From Psammoneis japonica (lineage: Eukaryota), in NCBI GenBank assembly GCA_008632985.1, contig QPGO01000036.1, positions 124,001 through 188,000 of the forward strand: a stretch of 64,000 nucleotides of DNA, in the 5' to 3' direction. Made by a program: the position numbers and the translations under genes. The stretch's first letter is position 1, and the number at the start of each line of letters is the position of its first letter. This document shows, piece after piece, positions 12,374 to 23,434 of this stretch. The notes beneath the pieces are model-generated. The model was given only the letters and a program-made list of their open reading frames with translations, was not told the origin of the DNA and did not search any database.

Positions 12374-15300
12374 TCACATGCACTTGAACAACAGGACAAG
12401 GGCCATGAGCACGAGGCTCAAGTCTGGACGGGTCAACCGACTTGATTGGAACTTGATCACCCACTTGACAATCGCAGGATCTTCTCTTGGCATTGGCTCT
12501 TCGGAATTGTCGTTGATCAGCGTCTGGCGATGGCCTTGGATCGTCAGCAAGTCTGCCAGCACAGGGACACCTAGGATCATGTCACGTCCAAACACCACAG
12601 CACCTGGTGAAGTCTGCAAAGAACGGGAAACAGCACAGCGAGTTGCACACATTGCAGTTGCCAAAGCATCGTCCACGAGGCCAGCTGCATCTTGAAGATT
12701 TTGAGGTGGGTTGGAAGCAATGAGCATGTGCAGTGTGTCACCGACGGTCTGGTGCATTCGTTCACAAATGGCATTGGCTTGAGGGTTGTACGAAGCAGTC
12801 GGCACATCATCAATTCCGGCTTGTTGCAACAGCATCTGAAAATCGTACCCGGTGAACTCGCCGCCGTCATTGTGGGTGCATCGATTCGGTCTGGGACAGC
12901 GTGCAAGCCAGCAGTTTTCAAATTGGTTGGCAACATGTCGGGCAGTTTTATTTTCAATTCTCACAAGTTCAACAACATTGGAGACAGGATCATGCAGGTC
13001 AATGCCCGAAACTCAATCTCTCCATTCGGCACCTTGATTTTCCACGGGCCAATGAGGTCAACCGCCACTTCCGACCAGGGAGTTAATGGAGCTTCTCGCT
13101 CGGGTGACTCTCCACAGCCAGGACCCAAAGTTTTGTTACGTTGGCAATCAGCACAAGAGTGTTCATCACACATGCAATGCAACCCAGGATGACAACAATG
13201 AGCCTGGATCGTTTCACGCATGCGCTGGCTTCCGGCATGGCCAAGGACGAGATGACACCACCGCAAGATGTCGGGCATGAGCGCAGTCGGCAAACAGATT
13301 TTCCACTGTCCTGGAGGATCATTCGGTCGCATGCAATGACACACAAGCGGTCGATCATTCACACATTCCACGAGGAAACGATCAGGGTGAGCAACGCGCA
13401 TCTGGTTCAACTGTTGGTCCTCGAACTGGTGCTCCTGAGTGCATTGTAACGTCATCGGATTCTGCATCTCTTGCATCGCAGGGCAATTCAAGAAAGAACC
13501 GAACAGTTCTGGCTCATCCACAAAGAAAGAGAAGAAGTGTGAGTGGCCTTCATTTTCAATGTTGCAACAACACTTAAATTGGCATGCGCCGAGCTCCAAG
13601 TCCTCATCGCGGAAATCCTCGACTTGGATGGTTCCTCACTCGGCACCAACTTCGAATCGAGCGGAGCAAAATCAACAACAGTTCCTTCACCCGGAGCCAA
13701 GCTCTTCCCTTCAGAGGGAGGATCCACACGAGGTAAACGAGAAAAACAATCAGCCAAGACATTCAATCGGCCTTCAATGCAATGAAACTGAGGAGAAAAG
13801 TCTTCCAGAAAGAGTCGCCAACGAAGTGCGCGCTGTGAATTCAAGGTGCGAAAGGCAAGGTTCTTGTGGTCAGTGAATGCATGCAAGTCGCCGCCAAGGA
13901 GCATCGATCGGTGTTCTCGGAAGCACATGACAATGGCCAACAGTTCTTTTTTGATCGTTGAATGGTTTTGTTGCGCCGCACTGAGCTTTCGAGACCAGCA
14001 TGCAACAGGCTTTCCATCCTGTACAATCACTGCGCCCATCTGGCAATCACTTGCATCGGTGCAGATGTGGAAGGGTTTGTTGTGATTCGGATGTGCCATT
14101 GATGTTTCGGCTGCTGGGACTGCTTTCATCTCATCGAACGCCGCCTGACATTCCGTTGTCCATGTCCATGAGCCTTTGCCTGTAAGATCTGTCAAGGGTT
14201 TCAACAGGTGAGAACGCCGAGGCCACACATTGCGACAATGCGTTGCAGCGCCAAGGAACGAACGAAGCTGCTTGATGTTTTCCGGAGGTTGCATTCGCAG
14301 GACAGCCTCCACCTTTTTCTTCCACGGACGAGTTCCAGTCGGAGTTAGCCAATGCCCAAGGAAATCCGTTTCCTGCACACACCATTCGCATTTCAAGGGA
14401 TTTACTTTGAACCCAGCTTCTTCCAAGCGTTGCAAGAGTTTGTCAAGACGGTCAAGGTGAATGTCAAAGTCGTCATCAAATTGAGCGAGATCATCAATGT
14501 GTGCGTCAACGTCCAAGTCGTGCACAGTTTTCTCAATCAAATGTTGCGCAACATCTGGAGCCGGCTTCAGACCCATTGCCAAACGGCAGCATCGGCACTT
14601 TCCAAAGGGTGTCACGATTGTCGTCAAGTCCTTGGAATCGTCATCCAATTCGAACACACAGTGCATCATTGAGAGGTCCAATTTGGTCAAAAACTTGCAC
14701 CCAGCTCTCTTCTGCAGCACATCTTGAATGATCGGTAAAGGATGAACCTTGCGCTTGAGGGCTTTGTTGAGTTCCCGAAAATCGCTGAGCCACCGCACTC
14801 GACCATCCTTCTTCGGCCGAATAAAAGCACCAGCAGCCCACTCCGTTGTTCCGGCTTCTTCAAGAACGCCAAGAGCCACCAAATGATCCAGTTCTTGTTT
14901 GAAAGTCTCGAGATCATTGTGCGGTGCTGCACGCGCTCGAGAATGGCAAGGAACAGTGTTGAGATCAACATCAAGGTGAACTTTTTCGCCAGCATGCTTG
15001 CCGAGAGTGCCGTCAAAAAGAGCAGTGTGTTTTTCCAATGCGAGGCGCAATTTTTCTTGTTGTTCGGTGGTGAGATGCTTCTGAGCCGATGCCACTTCAG
15101 AAGGGGACGTCTCCTCATACTTTGCATCGAGGATGCAGCTGTCCCACACATCATCATCGTTGGCCAGCTCATCAGTCAAGTCGTCAAGCCACTGCTGGGT
15201 GCCAATCCGATGGTTTCTTGGTTTCATTGCAATGCTTGAATTGAGCCACTTGACAATTCCGTGTTTGAAATCTAACGTGACACCTGCTCTCGCCAAGAAG

Positions 15301-15782
15301 TCCTGTCCAAGGATCACATTGCACTGGCAAGGTGAGTCAAACACATGCGCATGCATGCCATCAACACATTTGGTCTTGTCAAATTCAGGGAGCACCACAT
15401 CCTGCAGTCGAACGTAACGAGTGGATTTGAATTCTCCTGCCAACATCCGAAACTTTGCAACAATTGGTCCTGTGTCCTCCAATGCTGGCACCGCTCCAAC
15501 TGGCAACACCCGAGCATGAATCATTGAATGGGTTCCACCAGAGTCAAGTGACACCCGCAGCACGTGCTTGCTTTCCTTGTCTTGAATGAATTGCGCCGCG
15601 AATGAGGTTGCAGGGACCACATTTAAAGGTTTGGTTGGTTTTGTTTTTGGGGTTGGCACAGCGCACTCAAGTCCCACATCGTCTTCGTCATTCACAATGC
15701 AATTTTCGAAATCGTCATCATCAAACAAATCAGCAGCATGTGCACGACAATCATCAACGCAGTCAGTGCAGTCATCAAACAT
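12374..15782 (-). pseudogene. Gypsy pol (protease, RT, RNase H, integrase), frameshifted
   Basis: LDSGG protease. RT motifs PKKDGRVRW, DFRELN, HIDD. RNase H TDASD, KELLAIV, TDHKNL. Integrase HHCC and DLIGPW/DGGEF/ERMH. Split over ORFs 13488-15782, 12961-13599 and 12374-12964. Confidence 0.93.
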
Positions 15783-15839
15783 GTGGGAATCAGGAGCGAC
15801 ACACTCGGACGACAGCTCTTCAAGCTCATTGGGTCAGCG

Positions 15840-17068
15840 TCAACCGCATCCCGAGAAGCGACCACCAGGTCGAAAACTTCCCGCTCCACCTCGATGCTCA
15901 CGAGGCTCTCCCACAGAATCAAGATGATGGCTTTCAGCAGACCAATCATTGGGAGGAGCCATTCTGGCCGGATTGCCGCAACCGCCGCCATCTGCATTGG
16001 TTCGGGTGTCGTTTTGACATTGCATGCAGGAGCCACCATCTTCATGATGCTCGCCGCCATTGCCGCCAGAGTTGCAGTTTCCTTGACCGCCACAATTTTC
16101 TCGGCCACCACCATGACCTTGATGGCCATGGCCTTGCCAACCACGACCTTGATTTCCGCCATGGCCACAACCTCCACCGCGACCGCCACCTCGACCACCA
16201 CGGCCACCATGTCCACGACCGCCACGATCAGTTCTTGGACGGCAGTTGTTGGAGTCGGGGTTCATGACGCAATCTTTCCACTTGTGATTGTGAGTGTGCA
16301 ACGGACATTGGGATTCTGGGTCAACACGATTGCCTTTCTTCTTATTCGAGCGCCTTCATTCTGTCCATCTTTGTGCTTTTTCGACGTCTTCTTGTTCCCA
16401 TCCGCAAACGATTTCTCCGTGCTCATGTGCGTGACCATTTCTGCCAGTGCATCATTTCCAATCGTGCATCCTGCTCTTGTGTGCATCTCACGCCACGACA
16501 GAGGGAAGCTGTCGAAAATCATCTTCTTCTTTTGGTTCTGAGCAACAACTGGATTATTTCCCGGCAACTTGTTTGTGCATCGCACCAAAGTTTCCATTCG
16601 ATCTGCGTGTGCCTGCACTTCAACGTCATGCGGCTTTTTAAGTGCAAGCAAGTGTTCAATCATCGTGTCACGAGCTTCAGTTTCACAATGCGACAAATAA
16701 AAATGAGCCAACTCTTGGTCAAAATGAGCTGCCGTCTTCTGCGCATCCGGAATCGCCATGGTGAGATTGGACCATTTGTCTTCAGCTGCATCCGTCAACA
16801 CTTCTTCAAAATTGTCAAACAATTCTTCTCCTGTGGTGAACTCGAGTTTTGCAGCCAGTTTACGAAAACGATCTTCCACAAACAACAACGCTTCAATTCC
16901 ATCACTTCCGTCAAAACAAGGGCACTTTTTCGTACGCGTGCTTCCATCATCATGCGATTGAGTCAATTTTACGAGTTCCAAATCCGAGTGAGCAAATTTC
17001 GCAGCATGCAAAATGCATGGTTCCTCAAGGCTCTCGCGATTGCTCATCAGGCCAAGTTGGTCCACCAA
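15840..17068 (-). pseudogene. Gypsy gag-like ORF with Gly/Arg-rich C-terminal region
   Basis: CFDGSDGIEALL...FEEVL.D.A...W gag-like ORF 16262-17068, frameshifted into HKWKDC and RGG repeats. Lies between the 5' LTR and pol. Confidence 0.75.
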
Positions 17069-17279
17069 GAAACTGTTTTAAGTGCTCTACCTTCGATTCG
17101 AGTTGTGCCACTCAAATCGCCAAATCCTGTTTGCGTTGTTTTCGTGTCTCCTTTTCTTGTTTTTGTTCCAAAGCCTAGTTCGCTGCCTTTGCTCTCAAAG
17201 TTCTTTTCTCTTGTTTTGCAAGCCTGTCAATTGTGTCGTCATTTCTCATTCAGCTCTTTACAATCGACTGCAACTGCAG

Positions 17280-17453
17280 TGCAAGCTCAAGCTGAGGTTG
17301 ATGTCAAAACAAAAAAGTGAGTGGACCGAAGAGAGGGAGAGCCCAAGCGTCAGCGAGCGCTGGTGAGTGCTGGCGAGCCCTCTCAAATGGCTGTGTTCAT
17401 CTGACATCCAAAATTAACACCACACATCAGAAGCGTGCGAGTGAGTTGCTGCA
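17280..17453 (-). repeat. Gypsy 5' LTR
   Basis: Direct repeat of 11997-12172 with TG...CA ends. The plus-strand left edge could extend to 17275. Confidence 0.92.
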
Positions 17454-17601
17454 GGTGCAACACAGTGGCTGAAACCCAAACAATTGACATCATTTTGTCG
17501 GTCATTTTCAAAAATGTTGTGTGCCTCCAAACATGCTCATTGGAACTGTCAACCACATCACACCATCAGTGAATGAACACTGGTCTGAAGCTTCTTGCAT
17601 G

Positions 17602-17843
17602 AAAAAAGTCATTTGTGGAACCGGGCGCACTGTGTTCATCAACAAGGGCAATGAAAGACAGTGGTGACAACATCAGAGCGCGCATTCTGGTGATCAAGGG
17701 TGTCTTTCTCATGGCAAATTTTAAAAAAGTTGTTTGTGGAACCGGGCGCACTGTGCTCATCAACAAGGGCAATGAAAGACAGTGGTGGCAACATCAGAGC
17801 ACACATTCTGGTGATCAAGGGCATCTTTCTCATGGCAATTTTT
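17602..17843. repeat. Tandem duplication, 2 x 121 bp
   Basis: AAAAAAGT..TTTGTGGAACCGGGCGCACTGTG...TCTTTCTCATGGCAA starts at 17602 and 17723. Confidence 0.9.
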
Positions 17844-20090
17844 TTTGTGCTGTGGCAGGACACCAGATGTGCACATGGTGATTTTTTGTTGTCCACGGCA
17901 GTTGTCATTTTTTTTGCTGTGGCAACCCTGCCATCGCCGCGGGAATTTCTTCATCCATGAGATCCTCCCTTGTTCTGGCGCCTCTTTTCACAAACTCCAG
18001 ATTGCTGCAAAAAGTCAAAAATTGCAGTCATTTGCAAATTGGCATGTTTTGCTTTGATGCCCAGCATCGTTGAAAATGATGAAAGCTGCGCATTGCAAAT
18101 TAATTTCATCGGTGGTTGCTGTTTTGCTGCTTGCATTGCTTTGGCCAGGCATGGCCAAGAATGGCTCTCCTGCACCACATCTTTTTCTCCGCCTTCATCA
18201 TCCCCGCCGCTGGCAATGCTGTCTTCATCATCGTCCTCCATTTCTCCTCCTTTGCTCCTGTTCGCCACATCGTCCTCATCATCACTCGACAGCTCAATCA
18301 TTGCTTGCATCCTCTTCACCATCTTTGGCAGCTTTTTCTCCTTGGCTCCACTCTTGTTGCTCTTGTTGCAGTTTTTTTCCTTCTTGTCTTCCATGTGACC
18401 TGTGTCGAGCTGCATGCCTTTTTCACTCACCCTGTCATCTTGCACTTCTCCACGCAGCTCGTTGCATTCTGGGACTGCTGGGATGTTCTTGGAGTTGTCG
18501 GCAGGGCAGCATCCATGTTTGGGGCCTTTGGGCAGTTGCTGCACTGTGCAAAAAAAGAAGAACAACCAGCGCAATTCCCCACAGGACAAAAATCCGACGT
18601 GGGATTCTGTGCCAGGGCTGTGTGAAAATGACTCAATGTCTCTCAAACATTTCCAACTTGACTGACAGGCAGCCTGAGCCACGAAAAAAAGAAGAAAAAG
18701 CCAACTCCAAACTGCCAGTTGTTGTTGCATTGTGTGTGCATTTTGCAGCAAGGCAACGTGTGAAATCTAGAAGTGCCACATGTCAATTGCTGCCTGTGCA
18801 GCAAGAAGTGTGCTTTGTCACCCTCGCCGCACTGTTGAGAAAAAAATGTTCGAACCAAATTGTCTGGAGGCACTTGATTGTGTCAAGACAGGTGAAAAAT
18901 CATGGACAAACCACATTGCATGTGATGTTGTTTCAACCAGAGATTCTTTTGACATTTCAGCTGGACTTTTGAGGAATGTGATTGGGTTGGGTGTCTGTCA
19001 TCATTGTCATCATCGTCCCCCACTCATTTTCAGCATCTCTTTTGAACTTTTTGTGGATTTTGATCCACCAAATGGCTGTCTGTTCAATGATGTGAGTCAG
19101 CCGGGGTGGGGCCAGTTGGCTGCGCACATTTGGGTTTGATGTGACTGTGCAACTGGCCACACCCTGCAGGAAAAGCTGTTGGTGGTGCGCGAGCAGAAGC
19201 AACATCAAAGCAAAAAACACAGTGTGGGTCAAAATGTTGTAAAGTGATGCGAGAATGAGCAATGAGGAGAAACCCAACTTTGCCCAGGAAAGAAGCACAT
19301 CAATGTGTTGCCCAATCACTTTGATCTTGTCTGAAAATGCTTGCTCACAGATCATGAACGGCATTTGCGTCATTGCTTGCCATGGCATTGTTGTGTGGTG
19401 TCATGCGCTGTTGTTGTGCGCGAAGGACGGGGTTCTGTTTTACCCACAGTGAATCTGTTTTGGTCACAGCAGATGTTTCACCATGCCCAACTTGAAGACA
19501 TTTTGAGAAGCGCTTCGCAACAACTCTGTTCACACCGTTGAACATTAAAATTTTTTTGTGCAGATTCCGCAGCTGTTTTGGGGTGTTCTGTTGGACTTTT
19601 GAGTTGCCACATGCGCATTGCAAGATTCAGAAACTTCAATGACATGTGATGTCCCAAGAGACACACACAAATTTATCTTCCCTGCAGACCTTGTAGAATG
19701 TGTGCCAACGAAAATCCACTGCCTGTCAACTCACTCAGCAGCATTCCACGTGCATTCTACTTGCACCTCACACACGCACACACACCTGCACAGTCTGATG
19801 ATGCCAGAGACAGAGTCAACCGCATCAGGCGCAGCAGGCAGCAGCGGGGAGTTGCCTCAAAGTTGTTGAAACTGTGACTCAAATTGAAATGATGCACTCT
19901 TCAATTGCTTCACAAAACTTTGCAATGTCTGCATTGCGACACTGTTGGTGAATTGGACTGCACAAAATTTGGCCTGTTGCCCATCAAACATGTGAGCAAT
20001 GAACAATTGCACTCTGCAAACAAGTGGGCTCATTTGCACAGCTTTGTGGCTTTCGACAACAAGAAAGTCATCGCAGTGTGTTTGTCACCA

Positions 20091-20225
20091 AACAACTTTC
20101 AACAACTTTTTGTTGAAAGTGGACAACTTTCAACACTTTAGAAAGACGCAACTTTCAACAACTTTTTGTTGAAAGATGCAACTTTCAACAACTTTTTGTT
20201 GAAAGACGCAACTTCCAACAACTTC
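20091..20225. repeat. ~30 bp tandem array of hairpin-forming units
   Basis: Unit CAACTTTCAACAACTTTTTGTTGAAAGA(T/C)G contains inverted arms CTTTCAACA/TGTTGAAAG. Confidence 0.85.
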
Positions 20226-20971
20226 AACAGAAAACTCACCGGCACAAAAATCTGATTGGAAAAGCGACATCATCTGAGACAAGTGCACATGCATGACCGA
20301 CATTCATCATTGATGCAGCATTGGTGCCATTCGATTCTCAGTGGCGGTGCTGTCACCAACATTGTCACTTCTAAGTCCTTTGTTGATTTTAATGAGATGT
20401 GATGTGTTGAGCCATGTCCACACCTTGGTGTGACTGATGAAGTTGCTCATGACTTGGCGCTTTCATCTGAGGATGAAACCACCTGAGATGCAGCATGCTG
20501 GGACCCAGACTCAGAATGGCAGATGGGATTGCTGGGCTCAGAGGATGGAGCAGCCGATGGTTTGGTGCTGGGATGATTCTCACTTGGAGCTGCAGACAGC
20601 GCCTGACGATGCACTGGGTGAGATTGGAGGCAGATCACTGCCAGGTGGGAGCTTTGCTTGGTGTGAAGCACATTAGATGGTGGCTCACTTGGAGCCATTG
20701 AAGGTGCTCCACTGCTGGCAGATTTCAAGAAATTGACAATTCTGAAACTGCTGCAGCCAAAAATTCTGAAACTGCGCCACAAATTGTCAAACTGCTTCCA
20801 CCAAAAACCACCAAACCAGTGCTGAACTGCTGAGCCAACTTCACGCTGCTCTTTTGGGCTTTGGCAAGGTGTGCATTGCTTGTGCTGTTCTCATCACGAT
20901 CTTTGACTTTTGTGTCACCCCACTGCAGTGCAACCCTAAATGAGAACAATGTTTTTGCACGTGTCGATGTG

Positions 20972-21108
20972 GTTTTTGTTACAAAAGTGTAACTTTGAAC
21001 AGATTTTTGTTAAAAGATGTAACTTTGAACAGATTTTTGTTGAAAGATCTAACTTTCAACATCTTTTTTGTTGAAAGATCTAACTTTCAACAACTTTTTG
21101 TTGAAAGT
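20972..21108. repeat. Second ~30 bp hairpin tandem array of the same family
   Basis: Units TAACTTT(G/C)AACA..TTTTTGTT(A/G)AAAGAT repeated about 4 times. Confidence 0.85.
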
Positions 21109-21416
21109 CAGTTGTCCGTTGAGTTGTGACCATAAACTCAACATGCAACATGTGTTGCTGAATGTTTTCATGCAAGGAAAGAGCAATTTCAATGTCTTCA
21201 ATGGACATGCGTTGCAGCGTGCAAAAATGTCCATTTCACCAGAGTGAGTTGTCAGCGGGAATCAGATGCACCATGCCTGCATGCATGAGCGTGACGGGAC
21301 AACTTCAACTTTTAACAGATTTGAGGCGACTCCCAGCAGCAGCAACAGACAACAACAACGATGGCAGTGGAAACATCAGCAGGGACGTTCACGACAAGGA
21401 TGCCGGCAGAGATGCC

Positions 21417-23434
21417 ATGAACCAATTGATGGCAAATGTCTCATTGGCACCAACGACACCACCAGGACAACAAAAGAAGTCGACGACCGGCACTGGGACC
21501 AAGAAGAAGCCACGGAGGAGTCGATCCAGTTCCCGCCCGAGTGCTCTGGCAGCGACAAAAAAGAAAGGTCAGAGATCCACATCAATGCCGCCATCGTCAA
21601 AGCTGAAGCAATTGAAAAACAACTCAGAAACAATGGTGAGCAGCCACTGTTCACGGACGGAACATCATTGACATTGCATTGAACGATTCACTTCCCTCAC
21701 TTGTCTTTCCTCTTTTTTTTCTTTGATGTCTGCGTCCGAACCACAGGCTTCAGACCTTGCTGTTGAGGAGTTGCTTGGCCTGTCATCATCTGAGGCCGAC
21801 GCCCTTGGACGGCAAGAGATCATTGGCCAGCTGGTGATGCACCGTGACAGCATCCTCAACACCTCCATGCTCTGGTCTGGTGACAAGGTGTGCAAGCAGA
21901 TCACTCTAAAGATTCGCTGTCTGAAAATGTGCGTTCTGCAGAAGGCTGGGACTGTTCAGCATGGCGCCGGAGAGGCCCCCGCAAACATTTGCTGTGGGAA
22001 GTGGTCCAAGGACAAGGACAAGATCCGGAATCTTGTGTTCCAGCCTGAACCATTTTTGGGGTGCAATTTTGCAATGCACGGGGGTGAGATTGTGCAGGTG
22101 CTGGCAGAAATTCCGACGGAAGAAGACGCCAGAGCCACCCTTGGTGATGAACGTTTCAAGTTTCACAAAGGCGGAACTGTCAAGTGTCGGCACTGCTGTC
22201 CGCGGGACCTCAAGAACAATGCCGAGCTGAAGAACAAGATCACTCACATCATCGGAAAAGGATTTTGTCACCGGGACGATGAAGACCCAGAGTTCTCATT
22301 CAACGATGCGTGCATCACCCACAACTTGTTGTGCAAGCACAAGAGTGCGTCCCATGCGATCACAGTTGAGCTTGTCACTGATGAAATGGGGCCACACGGG
22401 ATCATGTGATGAAGATGTGTCACTTGGTTGGGGTTGTTCTTTTGATGGACGACATTCAGGCACACAAGAAGGAGATCCAACAAGGTCATCCCGACAAGAT
22501 TCAACAGGTCTGCCAGAAGAATTTCAGGGTCTTCAACTTAGTCCAGATCACCATTCTGAAGGAATGCTCGCACCAACGGTTGGGTTCTGTTGTGATGGAA
22601 GCTGTTGAACATGCCTTGAAGGCATTGGCAAATCCAGCCGACCACAAAGTGCCACCTGCCAGTTTCTTATTCTGGGTTGGTTGTGCCAAGAGTTTCTACA
22701 AACGTCTTGGTTGTTCTGCCAATCCAGGCTCTGATGGGGTCCCCGATGCTTGGCGAAATGTGTTTGAGTGTCCTGTGAAGCTTTCCAAATGGAAGGATGG
22801 CCAAGTTCAGGACATGACGGATCAAGAAAACCAAGAGATTTTCTTCTGCAAGTCATTCACCTGCACCAATCGGAACAAGTTTGGTGACCTTCAAAATTGG
22901 TGTCAAGATGATCCTGCCCGTCAACATCTCACTGTCACACACAGGGTTGGAGTGTTGAAGGAATGCTGCAACTTTGGTCTCAGCCGTGGCAAGCGTGCTG
23001 AGACAAAATCCATCAAAAATCTGGGGCACATTGAGGAATTCCCAACTGTTCATGATCATCGCACGGTTTGCGGTGTCACTGAAATCGATGTTGACATCAA
23101 ACAGCACACAGCTGCAAATGTCAACAGTCATGTCGAATGCAAGTGTGAGTTTGTCAAGAATTTTGTCTTCATCTGTGGCCAACGGACTGACGATGGTGGG
23201 AGGGACTTTGGGTTCAACCTCAACATCAAGGTGGCTGCTGAAGTCAAGGCGGAACACATCATCCACCATGGCCACACGCAGAATGGATTGACAGTGTCTG
23301 TCTGCGGCGACATCGTCAAGGGTGGCAACACCGCCATGCTGATCCAACTTAAATTGCCTTGGTTCAACTCGAAGGAAAGAATGAAAGTTGATCGGGATTG
23401 GCCTGCTGTTGGTCGTAAGATGGTGGAGAAATGA
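21417..23434 (+). pseudogene. TpA-mutated intron-containing gene with a GNAT acetyltransferase-like domain
   Basis: In-frame GT-AG intron 21636-21746 with a pyrimidine tract joins ORFs 21162-21671 and 21723-22409. Frameshift near 22406. Then LVGVVLL...LVQITILKECSHQRLGSVVM...AKSFYKRLGC (GNAT motif A and FYxxLG). Start uncertain. Confidence 0.6.

Larger units (their letters stand above)
11997..17453 (-). mobile_element. Full-length Ty3/Gypsy LTR retrotransposon, heavily TpA-mutated
   Basis: Two ~175 bp direct LTRs, minus-strand PPT (GGAAGGGAAGAG at 12173-12184), domain order gag-PR-RT-RNaseH-INT. Flanks GGCAC/GGTGC fit a mutated GGTAC TSD. Confidence 0.96.

Noticed and set aside
12374..17068. 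Alternative genetic code (Cys/His codons read as Tyr) in the retroelement
   Set aside because: The same changes affect non-coding LTRs, TSDs and tandem repeats, and neighbouring genes use TAY normally.
11997..17453. ADAR-type RNA editing fixed by reverse transcription as the cause
   Set aside because: That would be single-stranded and shared by both LTRs. Changes here are on both strands, differ between LTRs, and reach apparent TSDs, a MITE and an intron-containing gene.
20091..21108. CRISPR array
   Set aside because: Palindromic 30 bp units are directly adjacent with no unique spacers, there are no cas genes, and the context is eukaryotic.
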